Positions 10,943 to 21,607 of a stretch of DNA of 64,000 nucleotides are shown in pieces (the stretch's first letter is position 1; every line of letters begins with the position of its first letter). The stretch is from an uncultured Spirochaetota bacterium (lineage in GTDB: Bacteria; Spirochaetota; Spirochaetia; SZUA-6; Fen-1364), in assembly GCA_963745235.1 (NCBI GenBank), contig CAVUXE010000059.1, forward strand, positions 10,966-74,965, read 5' to 3'. The notes under the pieces are model-generated. The model was not told where the DNA came from. It searched no databases and saw only the letters and a list, made by a program, of their open reading frames with translations. A program made the position numbers and the translations under genes.

Positions 10943-11583
10943 TGCCTGGCTTCACGTTTCGGGACGTTCTGGTGCCTGCCCACCGCAGTAGCCCGTCCAA
11001 TTCCGTTGAGGATCAGTTCCGTTGAAAGCCTCAACTGTCCCAGATCCGCAAGCGTGCGATCGAATACCCACAGCAGGATGTTGCCTTCGAAGGCGGCCAT
11101 CAAGGCGAGGGCGATCTTTCGGGAATCCACCCTGCGGAACTCTCCTCCTTCAATTCCCTGATCAATGACTTTTTGAATCCCCTCAATGAATCTCCGGAAG
11201 AACTCCTGAAAAGCCTCTTTCATGACGCGGTTTCGAAACGCAAGAGAATAGAACTCGAATGTGATCGGCATCAGTCGCTCCATGCGCTGGATGTCCATGA
11301 CGATGGATTCGGCAAACCCGATGAGGCGCGTCCGGGCCGGGCCCGCGGCTTCAGCAAGGACCTCCACGCGCTTGAGCTCCGGCCTGAGCAGGCGCTCCAG
11401 GAGCGCCAGGATGATTGCGTCCTTGCTCTTGAAGTACCAGTAGAGAAGCCCTTTGCTGAGGCCGGTCTCCAGGACAATGTCATCCATGCGCGCGCCATTG
11501 AATCCCTTGTGGGAGAAGACGCGGGCCGCCGCCTCGACAATTTCGGTCCTGCGCTTCTCGCTGACATCCGGTCGTGGTGCCAT
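10939..11583 (-). CDS. TetR/AcrR family regulator
   Basis: HTH: IVEAAARVFSHKGF...SKGLLYWYFKSK. Confidence 0.95.
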   Translation of the reverse strand: MAPRPDVSEKRRTEIVEAAARVFSHKGFNGARMDDIVLETGLSKGLLYWYFKSKDAIILALLERLLRPELKRVEVLAEAAGPARTRLIGFAESIVMDIQRMERLMPITFEFYSLAFRNRVMKEAFQEFFRRFIEGIQKVIDQGIEGGEFRRVDSRKIALALMAAFEGNILLWVFDRTLADLGQLRLSTELILNGIGRATAVGRHQNVPKREARQ

Positions 11584-11604
11584 GCGTGCCTCCGGGAACA
11601 GATA

Positions 11605-11626
11605 ACTGACCGACTGGTCGGTCAGT
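11605..11626. promoter_or_regulatory. Probable TetR operator
   Basis: Perfect 10-bp inverted repeat ACTGACCGAC-tg-GTCGGTCAGT about 20 bp upstream of the tetR start. Confidence 0.75.
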
Positions 11627-11701
11627 CACAAATATAGGCCGCGCCGCTCGGGGAGTCAAGGAGCTCCCCTCCAACGTGCGAGGTCGGCGCTCTTCACCCT
11701 T

Positions 11702-12547
11702 TCAGGTGAATCCATCCACAAGCGTCTCCAGAGCCGCCAGGTGACCAATGACGGCATCTGGTTGCGCGGACCCGACTCCGTCCGGCGTCGACTCGTATGA
11801 CCGACCATCGAGGGCCGCCAGGACTGTCATGAATCCGGATCTGGTCGCAGGCCCGATATCGTTGCGCGGATCGTTTCCCACCATGACGGTCTCCTCCTCC
11901 CGAAGACCGAGCTCATGCAATCTCCGGCGCGCGTGGTCAAAAAGGGCGGGATCGGGCTTGGCAACTCCGAAGTCGCAGGAGTAGAGGCAAAGGCTGCTCG
12001 AGAAGCCGAGGTCCTGAAGGCTGGCGCCCAGGAGGGCATGCAGGAAGACGGGTGTGTAGAACTGCGCGTTTGAAACGATTCCGTGGGTGAGACCCCGACA
12101 CGCCAGGGCCTGCAGGAGGCGCCGGCAGCCCGGCATTGGCCACGCGGGATGCGTTGCCAGCTCGTACTCCACAATCACCTGCCGGAGATCCTCCGGCGAG
12201 CGGTCGGAAAACATCCCGGCCCAGATGCGTTCGATCGAAACCTCCGGGTTCGCCCTTCCGGCGGCGCGCAACGCGGCGTGCTCACGCGCAATTGCGGACT
12301 GCAGGCCAGCCTCGAGCTCCGCCACGGTGGTGGTCAGCTCGTACCGTCGTATGAGGGCCTCAAGCTGGCGCCGTTTTGCGGCCGGGCGCGGATGCACCTT
12401 ACCCACACGCGCGAGAAGCCTTCCATACACGTCGAAAAGCACTGCGCGCGGCTTTCGCGGAAGCCGTCCGGATTCGATTGTTCGCGGGGGAAGGGGTCGG
12501 ATGCGTTTCGATCCGCGCTTGACGATCGCGAGCAGCTCAGGACCCAT
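11702..12547 (-). CDS. HAD-superfamily hydrolase (candidate sugar-phosphoglycerate phosphatase)
   Basis: FDVYG, IVSNAQ, KPDP, MVGNDPRNDI motifs. Confidence 0.85.
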   Translation of the reverse strand: MGPELLAIVKRGSKRIRPLPPRTIESGRLPRKPRAVLFDVYGRLLARVGKVHPRPAAKRRQLEALIRRYELTTTVAELEAGLQSAIAREHAALRAAGRANPEVSIERIWAGMFSDRSPEDLRQVIVEYELATHPAWPMPGCRRLLQALACRGLTHGIVSNAQFYTPVFLHALLGASLQDLGFSSSLCLYSCDFGVAKPDPALFDHARRRLHELGLREEETVMVGNDPRNDIGPATRSGFMTVLAALDGRSYESTPDGVGSAQPDAVIGHLAALETLVDGFT

Positions 12548-12634
12548 GTGACGGAATGGTACTCGGCTATGGCTCCCGCAAGTATCATTCTGGAAATGAT
12601 TGTTCGGTCGAAGGAATTCGACAGGGTCTGCTTC

Positions 12635-14125
12635 TCAGTCGAACAGCAGCCTCGCGTATTGCGCGTGGGCGAAGGCAGCCCGCATCCTTTCCTGGATGTC
12701 CGCAGGGGGAGCCGCGGATGCGCCTTCCGATGGCCCATCAAATGATTCCAGAATCTGATCGACCCGCGAGGCGTACGCCGAGAGGCCGAAGGATTGTTCG
12801 ACTTCCCGGGTGCGCGCGCGCGGGCGCTCGGCGAGAAAGGCGTGGAGGCTTTTCGCAAGACCGCCGTTCATGGTCCTCAATGCCGAGCGGAAGTCGGATT
12901 GCTCGGCGGCCGCCGCGAGAAGCCGCATCTGCAGCTGTGGATCGAGATAGGAAAAGTCCACGGCGTCCCCCGCAAGGGCTTCGGAAAGCTCGTTTTCGAG
13001 CCTCTCCACGGCTTCTGCAGGCAAGAACCTTCGAATACGATGCAGCTTGTCCCGGTATCGAGTCAGAAGAGCCGCTCTTTCAGGAGCATCAAGGGGGCAG
13101 GAGAACCCCGCGTAGAAGGAGGCGGGATACCCCTCGTAGAGTCTGCGTGGCCCTGGAATCGTCTCCAGACGGCGCGCCAGGAGTGGAAGGCCCCACTGAA
13201 GGGCCTGAACGAAAAGGTAGCCGAAGCCTTCCTGGACTGAGCTGCTGACAACCATGTCGCAGGCCGCGGCCAACTGCCCGACGTTGAGGTCGGACCGACG
13301 GATGCCGGTCCCGAGCTCTCCAGGAATGATCCCCGTGTGAAACGCCCTTTCCACAAGGGCGCTGTACGCCCTCTCGGGCGGGAGACGCCGGGAAGCGTGA
13401 TGATGAGCCGCAGGGGCAGATCCACCAGATGAAGGAGCATGGCGGCTTCCAGGACATTCTTCCTTCTGATGGACCGCACAGGATACAGGAGCGTCTGGTG
13501 CAGGGGATTCGCATCAGGGAAAAGCAACGAGCGTATGGCGCGTCTGTCGTCGCCCCACTCCGTCTGGTCAGCGGAAGGGCCGACCGGATTCTCCAGGAGA
13601 AAGAGACGGGACTCAGGCATGCCGGCCCCCTTGAGCAGCCCAAGGTCCCTGCGATTGATCAACGCATAGCGTACGCGCGGCCCGCTGGGATACAACGGCA
13701 AGGTCACGACCCTTTCCAGCGCGGCAAGGTTGGCATACCTGCCCGCTTCCGGAAAATCGTGAGGCTGCAGAACCAGGCGAGGCCCGTCTGGCAAGCCGGC
13801 CAGGCGGAGGACCACCTCCGTAAGAAGCGGATTCTTTCCCAGGTGATAATTGTGAATCCACCAGACCGCGTCGTTTCTGCCGAACCGGGCGAGGAGCAAG
13901 TCTGCCAGACCCTGCGTCGACGGTCGAACAGATGCGTAGTCGATCTCGGGAAGGCAATCGATCTCGGCCCGCGCAACGCGCGGCATGTCTTCCGGCACCC
14001 TGCCCGCAACCAAGCGTATCCGGGAGACCCGCCGTGAATGCGCCCGCAGGGCCTCGACGCATTGCCCGGATGACGGAGGTCACGCCCCCCGGCAGGAGGT
14101 GGTAATGAAATATCACCAGGTCCAT
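12635..14125 (-). CDS. GT-B (GT4-like) glycosyltransferase (frameshifts ~14066 and ~13377)
   Basis: MDLVIFHYHLLPGGVTSVI, HNYHLGKN, YPVRSIRRKN, SSVQEGFGYLF spread across three frames. Confidence 0.75.
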
Positions 14126-14215
14126 CGCTCTAGGAGGTGTTCCACCCGCTCCCGTGTCAATGCTTGCGCGCCGTTCCCCTTGTCTTCCCGCAGCGCCGCG
14201 CCCTACAATGCGCTC

Positions 14216-15424
14216 ATGAAGCGCTGGAGGGACCTGCTTGCCTCTGTTGGCAGACTTTTCCGAAGGCGGAGTGTGGGAGGGTCGGCCAAAGCCAGTCGTT
14301 CCGAGACCGGCCCGTACGTGAATCGCATTGTATCTGACGCCATTCTTCTCAACGAAATTCCTTCCCCGACGGAGCGCGAGGCCGCCCGAACCCACTATGT
14401 GCTTCAGCGTCTCGGTGAGCTCGGATATCCCGAGGCATCGCTGGATGATTTCGGCAACGTTACAGCGGTGGTGCCGGCGCGCGAAAACACTGAAGAGCAC
14501 GTCCTCCTGTTTGCTGACATCAGGTGCGAGGACTATTCCCCCATCGAGAGCATGACAAGGTTGGAGCCAGACCGGGTCAGGGGGCGGGGGATAGCGGAGA
14601 CGTCAGTCTCAACTGCAGCCCTCATGGTCCTCGCGGAGTACCTGGCCCGAAACGAAATCCAGTACGAACGCCCGGTGGTGCTACTCTTCACTTCCTTCGA
14701 CCCGGGCGAACGGGACACCCAGCCCCTGGAGCACTTCCTTCAGAGGTGGAAGGACAACGTGCGCTTTGCCGCACACGTGCGCGGTCTTGAGCTGGGTCAC
14801 GTTGAAGAACGCCCGCTTGGCACCTGCAAGCTCTCCGTGACGGTCCACGCCGAAGAGCCGGCCGCGGCGGGAAAAGAGCCGGTGGCATCTGCTATCTGGG
14901 TTCTTGCCAGCATCGCGAGCAGGCTCGGGAGCATCCGGTGGGACACGCAGAACAACACGTTCCTGAACATGTCGCGCCTGGAGGCCGGTGTCGGCTTCGG
15001 ATGGTACGCTTCCGAGGGGGTGCTGGAGCTGGAGGTCTTTTCGCCGAGTGCAGCCACACTGGATATTGCGCGCAAGGCGGTCGAGGCAACCATTGCAAGC
15101 ACCGCGCAGGAGACCGGTGCCTCAGTGGACATCGCGGTCAAGGCGTTTCTTCCCGCCGGCGATGCCCAGATCAATCAGGGTCTTGCGGCCATAGTGAAAG
15201 GAGTCTATGAACGGCTTCGCATCAAGGCCCGGCCCGTGTCTCTCCCCGGTTATGCTTCCTTTCTCAACTCCTTCGGCATCCCCGCAATCACCCTGGGGGT
15301 CACCACCGGCGCCAAGACGTATGCTGAGGAGTTCATCCACGTTCGTCCCATCGAGGTCGGCTTCCGGCAGCTTCTTGCCTTTCTGGACGACAGCGCGGGG
15401 TGGCGTGGGGAGACGCGCTCATGA
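14216..15424 (+). CDS. M20/M28-family peptidase homolog with degenerate metal ligands
   Basis: IPSPTERE, DDFGNV, dimerisation-type domain, GIPAITLG; usual His/Asp/Glu ligands not seen. Confidence 0.65.
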   Translation: MKRWRDLLASVGRLFRRRSVGGSAKASRSETGPYVNRIVSDAILLNEIPSPTEREAARTHYVLQRLGELGYPEASLDDFGNVTAVVPARENTEEHVLLFADIRCEDYSPIESMTRLEPDRVRGRGIAETSVSTAALMVLAEYLARNEIQYERPVVLLFTSFDPGERDTQPLEHFLQRWKDNVRFAAHVRGLELGHVEERPLGTCKLSVTVHAEEPAAAGKEPVASAIWVLASIASRLGSIRWDTQNNTFLNMSRLEAGVGFGWYASEGVLELEVFSPSAATLDIARKAVEATIASTAQETGASVDIAVKAFLPAGDAQINQGLAAIVKGVYERLRIKARPVSLPGYASFLNSFGIPAITLGVTTGAKTYAEEFIHVRPIEVGFRQLLAFLDDSAGWRGETRS

Positions 15425-16404
15425 AGGGGGAGGGGCGGATTCTCCAAAGCACATTTCATCACAGGGACTTCAAGGACAAGGCGGCGCTGGTGCGCCAGAA
15501 GGAGAGCCAGCACCTGAAGGTCTCCCTCGCCTTTCCCACGCTGAACGAGGAAGCCACCATAGGCAAGGAGGTGCTCGTCCTGAAGACGGAGCTCATGGAT
15601 CGTTTCCCCCTCCTGGACGAGATTGCAGTCATCGACTCGGGTTCGAAGGACCGCACCCGGGAAGCTGCAGTGGACAACGGCGCCCGCGTGTTTTCCTCCG
15701 CTGACATCCTCAAGAAATATGGCACCTACCGCGGCAAGGGGGAGAACCTCTGGAAGAGCCTGTACGTCCTTGCGGGCGATATCATTGTCTGGATCGACGC
15801 GGACATCAGCAACATAGCACCGAAGTTCGTGTACGGGCTGGTTGGGCCGCTCCTGCGGGACCCGCGCATAGCCTACGTGAAAGCGTTCTACGAGCGGCCC
15901 TTCCGCGTCGCGGGGGAGCTCATCCCCGCCGGCGGAGGCAGGGTGACGGAGATACTGGTTCGCCCGCTGTTCTCCCTTTTCTACCCAGAGCTGGCGTGCC
16001 TCGTTCAGCCTCTCAGCGGCGAGTACGCGGGAAGGCGCAGCTTGCTGGAGTGCCTGCCCTTCTCCGTGGGCTACGGAGTCGAGTTAGGGCACCTTGTGGA
16101 TATCTATCACCAGGCGGGGATCGAGGCCCTGGCGCAGGTCAACATGGATCGCCGGGTGCACCGTAATCAGCCCCTCACGGCGCTTGGCAGGATGTCCTTC
16201 GGCATCCTGCAGACTTTCCTGGGGAGGCTGGAGAAGTACGGGGAAGCACGAATGCCCCATGAAATGGGCCTCCATCACTTTCTCGTATCCTGCGAGGAAG
16301 AAGCTCCCCGTGTCGACAAGGCAGAAATCCTTTCCATCGAGCGGCCGCCCATGATGGAAGTGCAGGAATACCTGGACAAGTTCCACCCGGCGCCGAAGGG
16401 ATGA
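15421..16404 (+). CDS. gpgS: Glucosyl-3-phosphoglycerate synthase (GT81)
   Basis: PTLNEEATIG, GKGENLWKSL, WIDADI, GGGRVTE, QPLSGEYAGRR, GYGVE, RVHRNQ. Confidence 0.9.
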   Translation: MKGEGRILQSTFHHRDFKDKAALVRQKESQHLKVSLAFPTLNEEATIGKEVLVLKTELMDRFPLLDEIAVIDSGSKDRTREAAVDNGARVFSSADILKKYGTYRGKGENLWKSLYVLAGDIIVWIDADISNIAPKFVYGLVGPLLRDPRIAYVKAFYERPFRVAGELIPAGGGRVTEILVRPLFSLFYPELACLVQPLSGEYAGRRSLLECLPFSVGYGVELGHLVDIYHQAGIEALAQVNMDRRVHRNQPLTALGRMSFGILQTFLGRLEKYGEARMPHEMGLHHFLVSCEEEAPRVDKAEILSIERPPMMEVQEYLDKFHPAPKG

Positions 16405-17592
16405 CGCACATCGCTTCCCTCATCGAGTTCCAGATGACCTTTCTCCTCTTCATCGCGCTGGCCGGATACCTTGCTTGCCGCCCGCGTGAACCAGTCCGCG
16501 GTCATCGGCGAAATCCTGGTTGGGCTCCTCGTTGGACCCAGCGTGCTGGGGATCATTACCTACACTGACTTTGTCAGCAGTATTGCGCACCTGGGAGCCG
16601 TGATCCTGCTGTTCGTCGTCGGCCTGGAGTTCCGCCTGGAGGACATCGCGAAGCCCAGGTACGCGTTGATCGCGGGCTGCGGCGTCGTTGTCCCGTGGAT
16701 CCTGGGCTATCTTGTCTCTCTTCTCTTCGGTTTTTCTTTCGGGAGCTCCGTCTTCATAGCAACGGCCCTGACCGCAACGAGCATCGCCATCACCGCGAAT
16801 GTCCTCAGAGAGACGGGGAAGCTGAAGACGGACGCCGCGCGGGCGATCATCGGGGCAGCGGTCATTGACGACGTGCTGAGCCTCCTGGTGCTGGCGGTGG
16901 GGAACGGTCTCGTCGCGGGAGATATCTCCGCAGTCACTCTTGCCGTCGTTTTCGCAAAGGCGGCCGCGTTTCTCGTGGTTGGTGGGCTTGCGGGCCATTT
17001 CGGGCTGCGAAAGCTCCTTGCGCTCGTAGATTCAACGAGGTTCACGCGCCGTTACCCCGAGGTCACTTTCATCTTCGCAACCATGCTGGCTTTCCTGTAC
17101 GGGATGGGCGCGGAGCTCATGGGGTTGTCAGCCATTGTCGGGGCCTTCATTGCCGGCGCGTCCCTCGCGGGCGTGACCGTCCGCAACGGGAAAGACCTCT
17201 CCCGGGGCTCCGAATCCCTGATGGTCATCTTTTCCTCGATCTTCTTCGTGTCCCTGGGAATCCTGGCAGATGTCAGAACCCTCGACCTGAGGATCCTGGT
17301 CTTCCTCCTCGTGCTGACCGCTGTCGCATTCGTCTCCAAGCTGATCGGCTGCGCCGGAGCCGCGCTCCTGTGCCGCAGCTCGCCGCGGGACGCCGCAATC
17401 ATCGGCTTCGGCATGGCACCGCGCGGCGAAGTAGCAATGATCATCGGACTGATCGGCCTTGGCAACGGACTGATCGGCCAGGAGGTGTATGTCACTATCA
17501 TCCTCATGAGCCTCCTGACGACCATCATCACGCCTGTTCTTCTGCGCAACTGGCTGTTCGGGCGCGTCGGGGATTCACTCCCGGTCAAATAA
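16401..17592 (+). CDS. Cation:proton antiporter (CPA2/Kef family; frameshift ~16469)
   Basis: GEILVGLLVGPS, ATSIAIT, AAVIDD, MAPRGEV; N-terminus MTHIASLIEF lies in another frame. Confidence 0.85.
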
Positions 17593-17679
17593 CCTCTACG
17601 GGAGCCGGAGCGCGAAATTCTACAGCGAAAACATGGTCCTTCGACGGCGCTTCAGCGAAGGATCAGCTACCATCTTCCT

Positions 17680-18093
17680 GTGGCACAGTTCTATTTTCTT
17701 TCCGTTGCGTTGAACCTTGCCGCGAGCTTCGCCCTCGCGGGCGGGTTCTTCGGCGAGAAGATGCCTCTCCTGAGGTGCTTTGCCGAGCTCACGAGCAGGA
17801 AGAGCTCTCGAATAACGATTGGAGTCGCCGCGCTTGCGGTCGGGATCATCAAGCTGTTCGTCCTGTCTCCCGGTGAGCACATCCTCATCATCGGGGACCT
17901 TCTTCCGGCGGTGACGGGGATGGTCATCGGCGCTGTCCTGCTTGCCGAAGTCAATCCGGGCAGGGTGGAAAAGGCCGGAGAGCCCATTCGCAGGATTTCG
18001 GCAACCGCACTGACGTACCGGGTGCCCCTCGCCATCGCGGGAATCGTGGTGGCGGTTCTGCATTTCCTTTTCCCGGCCCTGGCTGTTCTTTGA
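17680..18093 (+). CDS. Small 4-TM membrane protein (paralog A)
   Basis: MAQFYFLSV...GDLLPA...HFLFP; hydrophobic. Confidence 0.8.
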   Translation: MAQFYFLSVALNLAASFALAGGFFGEKMPLLRCFAELTSRKSSRITIGVAALAVGIIKLFVLSPGEHILIIGDLLPAVTGMVIGAVLLAEVNPGRVEKAGEPIRRISATALTYRVPLAIAGIVVAVLHFLFPALAVL

Positions 18094-19415
18094 TGCGTGA
18101 CACCGAGCGCCACGACAGATCTTTGAACGTCGGGTTCATTTCGACGCGTTTCAAGGGAACCGATGGCGTCTCCCTGGAGGCCGAGAAATGGGCATCAATC
18201 GTGCGGGAGTTCGGGCACAAGGTGTTCCGGTTCGCCGGCGAGCTCGACCGGGATGCGCAGTCCAGTATGCTCGTGCCGGAGGCGTTTTTTGGCCACCCCG
18301 CCGCGGAGGCGCTCACGCGCGCGCTGTTCAGCGCGCAGAAGCGCAGCCGTCTGCTTACCAACGCGCTGCACAAGCAGAAGGATTTCCTCAAGGACAAGCT
18401 CTACGAGTTCATCGACCGCTTCGATATCGACCTGATGATCCCCGAGAATGCATTGTCAATCCCGATGCACCTCCCGCTCGGAATGGCGCTTACGGAGCTC
18501 ATTGCGGAGACAGGGATCCCGACGATTGCCCACCACCACGATTTCTCCTGGGAGAGGCCGAAGTTTCTCTCCAACGCGTGCCAGGATATCCTGAACATGG
18601 CATTCCCCCCGGGTCTCCCCTCGATCCGGCACGTGGTCATCAGCACGATAGCGCAGGCGGAGCTGGCGGCTCGACGGAGCGTCGCCGCAAGCGTCGTCTA
18701 TAACGTGATGGACTTCGAAAAGAAGCCGCCCCGTCCCAGCGAGTCAGACAGTGAGTTTCGCGCGGCCATGGGGTTTGACAAGGACGACCTGCTGATTCTC
18801 CAGCCGACCCGCGTCGTTCAGCACAAAGGCATCGAACAGGCCATCTCCCTGATCCGGATGTTGAACCTTCCGAAAGCCCGGCTGATAGTGTCGCACTCGC
18901 TCAACGACGAGGGCCCCTCCTATGCCGAATGGCTCGAAAAATGGGCACGCCGGGAGGGGGTTACCCTGAACTTCATATACGACAGGCTTCAAGAGGACTC
19001 CGCGCGAGAAGGATCCGGCACGCAGCTCTATTCGTTGCGGGACGTGTACCCTCACGCGGATCTTGTCACATATCCGAGCACGTTTGAGGGTTTCGGCAAC
19101 GCATTCCTGGAGGCCGTCTACTACAGCAAACCGATCCTTGTGAATCGCTATCCTGTGTTCATTGTCGATATTGAGTCGAAAGGCTTCGACGTCGTCGCGA
19201 TGGACGGGTACCTGACAGACTCGGCGCTTGCAAAGGTCAGGGAGGTGCTGACTGATCCTGAGCGGCGCCGGCGCATGGCGGAGAACAACCTCGCGGTGGC
19301 GCGAAAGCATTTTTCCTTTCAGATCCTGCGAAAAGAGCTGGCCAGCCTGATTTCAAGTTTCTTCGGGATATCCCCGCCCGAAGGCGTCTTCGGTCGGCTG
19401 TTCCGGTGGGGATGA
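18093..19415 (+). CDS. GT4 glycosyltransferase, mannosylglucosylglycerate synthase (MggA/MggS)-like
   Basis: TDGVSLEAEKW, AHHHDFSWER, QPTRVVQHKGIE, YPSTFEGFGNAFLEA. Confidence 0.8.
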   Translation: MRDTERHDRSLNVGFISTRFKGTDGVSLEAEKWASIVREFGHKVFRFAGELDRDAQSSMLVPEAFFGHPAAEALTRALFSAQKRSRLLTNALHKQKDFLKDKLYEFIDRFDIDLMIPENALSIPMHLPLGMALTELIAETGIPTIAHHHDFSWERPKFLSNACQDILNMAFPPGLPSIRHVVISTIAQAELAARRSVAASVVYNVMDFEKKPPRPSESDSEFRAAMGFDKDDLLILQPTRVVQHKGIEQAISLIRMLNLPKARLIVSHSLNDEGPSYAEWLEKWARREGVTLNFIYDRLQEDSAREGSGTQLYSLRDVYPHADLVTYPSTFEGFGNAFLEAVYYSKPILVNRYPVFIVDIESKGFDVVAMDGYLTDSALAKVREVLTDPERRRRMAENNLAVARKHFSFQILRKELASLISSFFGISPPEGVFGRLFRWG

Positions 19416-19437
19416 GATACTCTCAGGAGGTGCATTC

Positions 19438-19851
19438 ATGGCGCAGTTTTATCTTCTGTCCGTCCTGTCGAACATGGTCGCGGGGCTGACGCTGGCGGGG
19501 GACTACCTGGGAGAAAAGATCCCCTTCCTCGCCTCGTTCAAAAACCTGCGCGCAAACAGGCCGGCCACGGTGACAATAGCCATCGTGACGGCAATCATCG
19601 GGCTCATCAAGCTCATCGTGCTCTCACCGGGCGAGACCGTCCCTGTTGTCGGGGACCTTCTGCCCGCCCTTACGGGCATTGGCCTCGGGGGCATTCTCCT
19701 CGTGGAGGCGTTCCGGCAGAAGGTCGAAAGCCAGGGAGAGTCTCTGAAGAAGATCTCAACGGCGGTGCTCACCTATCGTGTTCCTGTCGGGATTGCCGGT
19801 GTGGTGATCGCCCTTGTGCACTTTCTGTTTCCCGGCGTGGTGATTCTCTGA
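19438..19851 (+). CDS. Small 4-TM membrane protein (paralog B)
   Basis: MAQFYLLSV...GDLLPA...HFLFP; SD AGGAGG upstream. Confidence 0.8.
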   Translation: MAQFYLLSVLSNMVAGLTLAGDYLGEKIPFLASFKNLRANRPATVTIAIVTAIIGLIKLIVLSPGETVPVVGDLLPALTGIGLGGILLVEAFRQKVESQGESLKKISTAVLTYRVPVGIAGVVIALVHFLFPGVVIL

Positions 19852-19890
19852 AAGCCGGGGAGGGTGTTCCCACCGCCGCCCCTCGGCAGG

Positions 19891-21607
19891 CTAATCTGCC
19901 AGTGCGGCCTGCGCCCGCAGGAGGTCGTGGAGCGTGACCACGGAAACCACCTCCCGAGTCGACTCGTCTCGAATCAAGACCATTCCTGAGGCGCTTTCCA
20001 TCAGGAGGGAGCCAACCTCGCGGACGCTCATCTCCGGCGGGCATTCCACCGGTGGAGCCGCACGGGGAACCGTGTTAGCCGCGACGGCACTTTTCATGTC
20101 CTGGCGCGTGACGATGCCGGCCAACTTTCCGTTGATCATGACCGGGAATCGTTGATACGGGTATGACTCCAGGTAGCTTTCCATTGTTGCCCTGTCAAGG
20201 TTCGGCAGGATCACGGGTCGTGTGCGCGCGATCTCCGAAACGGCGAGCTTTTGCCAGCTTCCCAGGTCTCGCGGCGGCTTGATGCGGATGAGCTCGTGGC
20301 CGTCCTGGAGGAGCAGTGCGTCATAGAAGTTGTGCCTGCCGCCCAGCCGGGAGATGGCCTGGCTCACAATGGAGCAGAACATGAGCGCCGGGACCATCGA
20401 GAACTGGTGGGTCATCTCAAAGACAATGAGAAGAGCGGTCAGGGGTGCGCGCACCACTGCGTTGAAACACGCGCTCATGCCCACGGCGGCAAGGACGATC
20501 TTGTCGGCCGCCGTGAGAGGCAGCCAGATGCCCGGCGACCCCCGCGAAGAAGAGTCCCGTCATGCCGCCGAGGAACAAGGTCGGGGAGAAGATCCCGCCG
20601 CACCCTCCCCAGCCGTAGGAGGCGATGGTGGCAATGAACTTGGCCACCACGAGGGGACCGGCGATCTGCCAGACGAGCCTGTTGTCGAGGGCAAGAGAAA
20701 GATCGTTGTAGCCCAGACCAAAGACCCCGGTGTGCCCGTTGAGGAGGAAGATTGCGCAGCCGAGAGCCCACGTGACGAGGGCTCCGCAGAGAGGCCGAAG
20801 CCACGCTGGCAGGCGGCTTCGCTCGCGAACTCGGGAGCGAAGCGAAAGGGTGAGGGTCTGGAAGGCGACGCCGATCAGGGATGCGGCGGCCGCAACGAGG
20901 GGGAGGATCAGGTACATGAGCCACGTGATGCCTTCCACGGAAGGAAGAGTGAAGGCCGGCTGCCGTCCCAGGAATGCCTGGACGATGAGCGCCCCGAGCA
21001 CGGCGGCCAAAACGACTCCGCCCAGGACCCGGCTGCCGAACTCGTTGTTGAGAAGCTCTTCCAGGACGAAGGTGATGGCAGCGAGCGGAGTGTTGAACGC
21101 CGCGGCGAGGGACGCCGCGGCGCCGGTGGCTGTCGACAACCGCCTGCCGGCTTTTGGAACGCCTATGGCGGCCGCAAGGTTCGAGGCTATCCCCCCTCCG
21201 ACGAAGACGGACGGTCCTTCCCGCCCAAGGCTCGTCCCTCCTCCCAGGGTCAGGACCCCGCCAATGAACTTCACGATGATCGATCTCAGGGGGAGGAATC
21301 CGAGGTCCTTCCAGTAGGCGGCCTTGAGCTCCGGTACCCCGCTGCCCGCGGATTTCGGGCTGACCTTGTTCATGAGGAGTCCCGCGCCCGCCGAGGTCAG
21401 CGTGACCACCAGAAGGCTCCCGAGCACGAACGTGAGGACCGGTCCCGTGGACAACCTCTCTATCGTGACCCGGAACAGGAAGTTGGTGAGCCACAGAAAG
21501 GCAACCGCGGCGACGGCCGCGCCTGCGGCAAACAGCAGCGTGTTGAGAATCCCCCGGGTGTTTTCCGGGATGCTTCGCAGCTTCGACAGGGATAGTTCCA
21601 TTGCCAC
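19891..21607 (-). CDS. ClC family Cl-/H+ antiporter with CBS pair (frameshift ~20532)
   Basis: GSGVP, GREGP, GGIFSP, FEMT motifs; C-terminal CBS domains. Confidence 0.9.
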
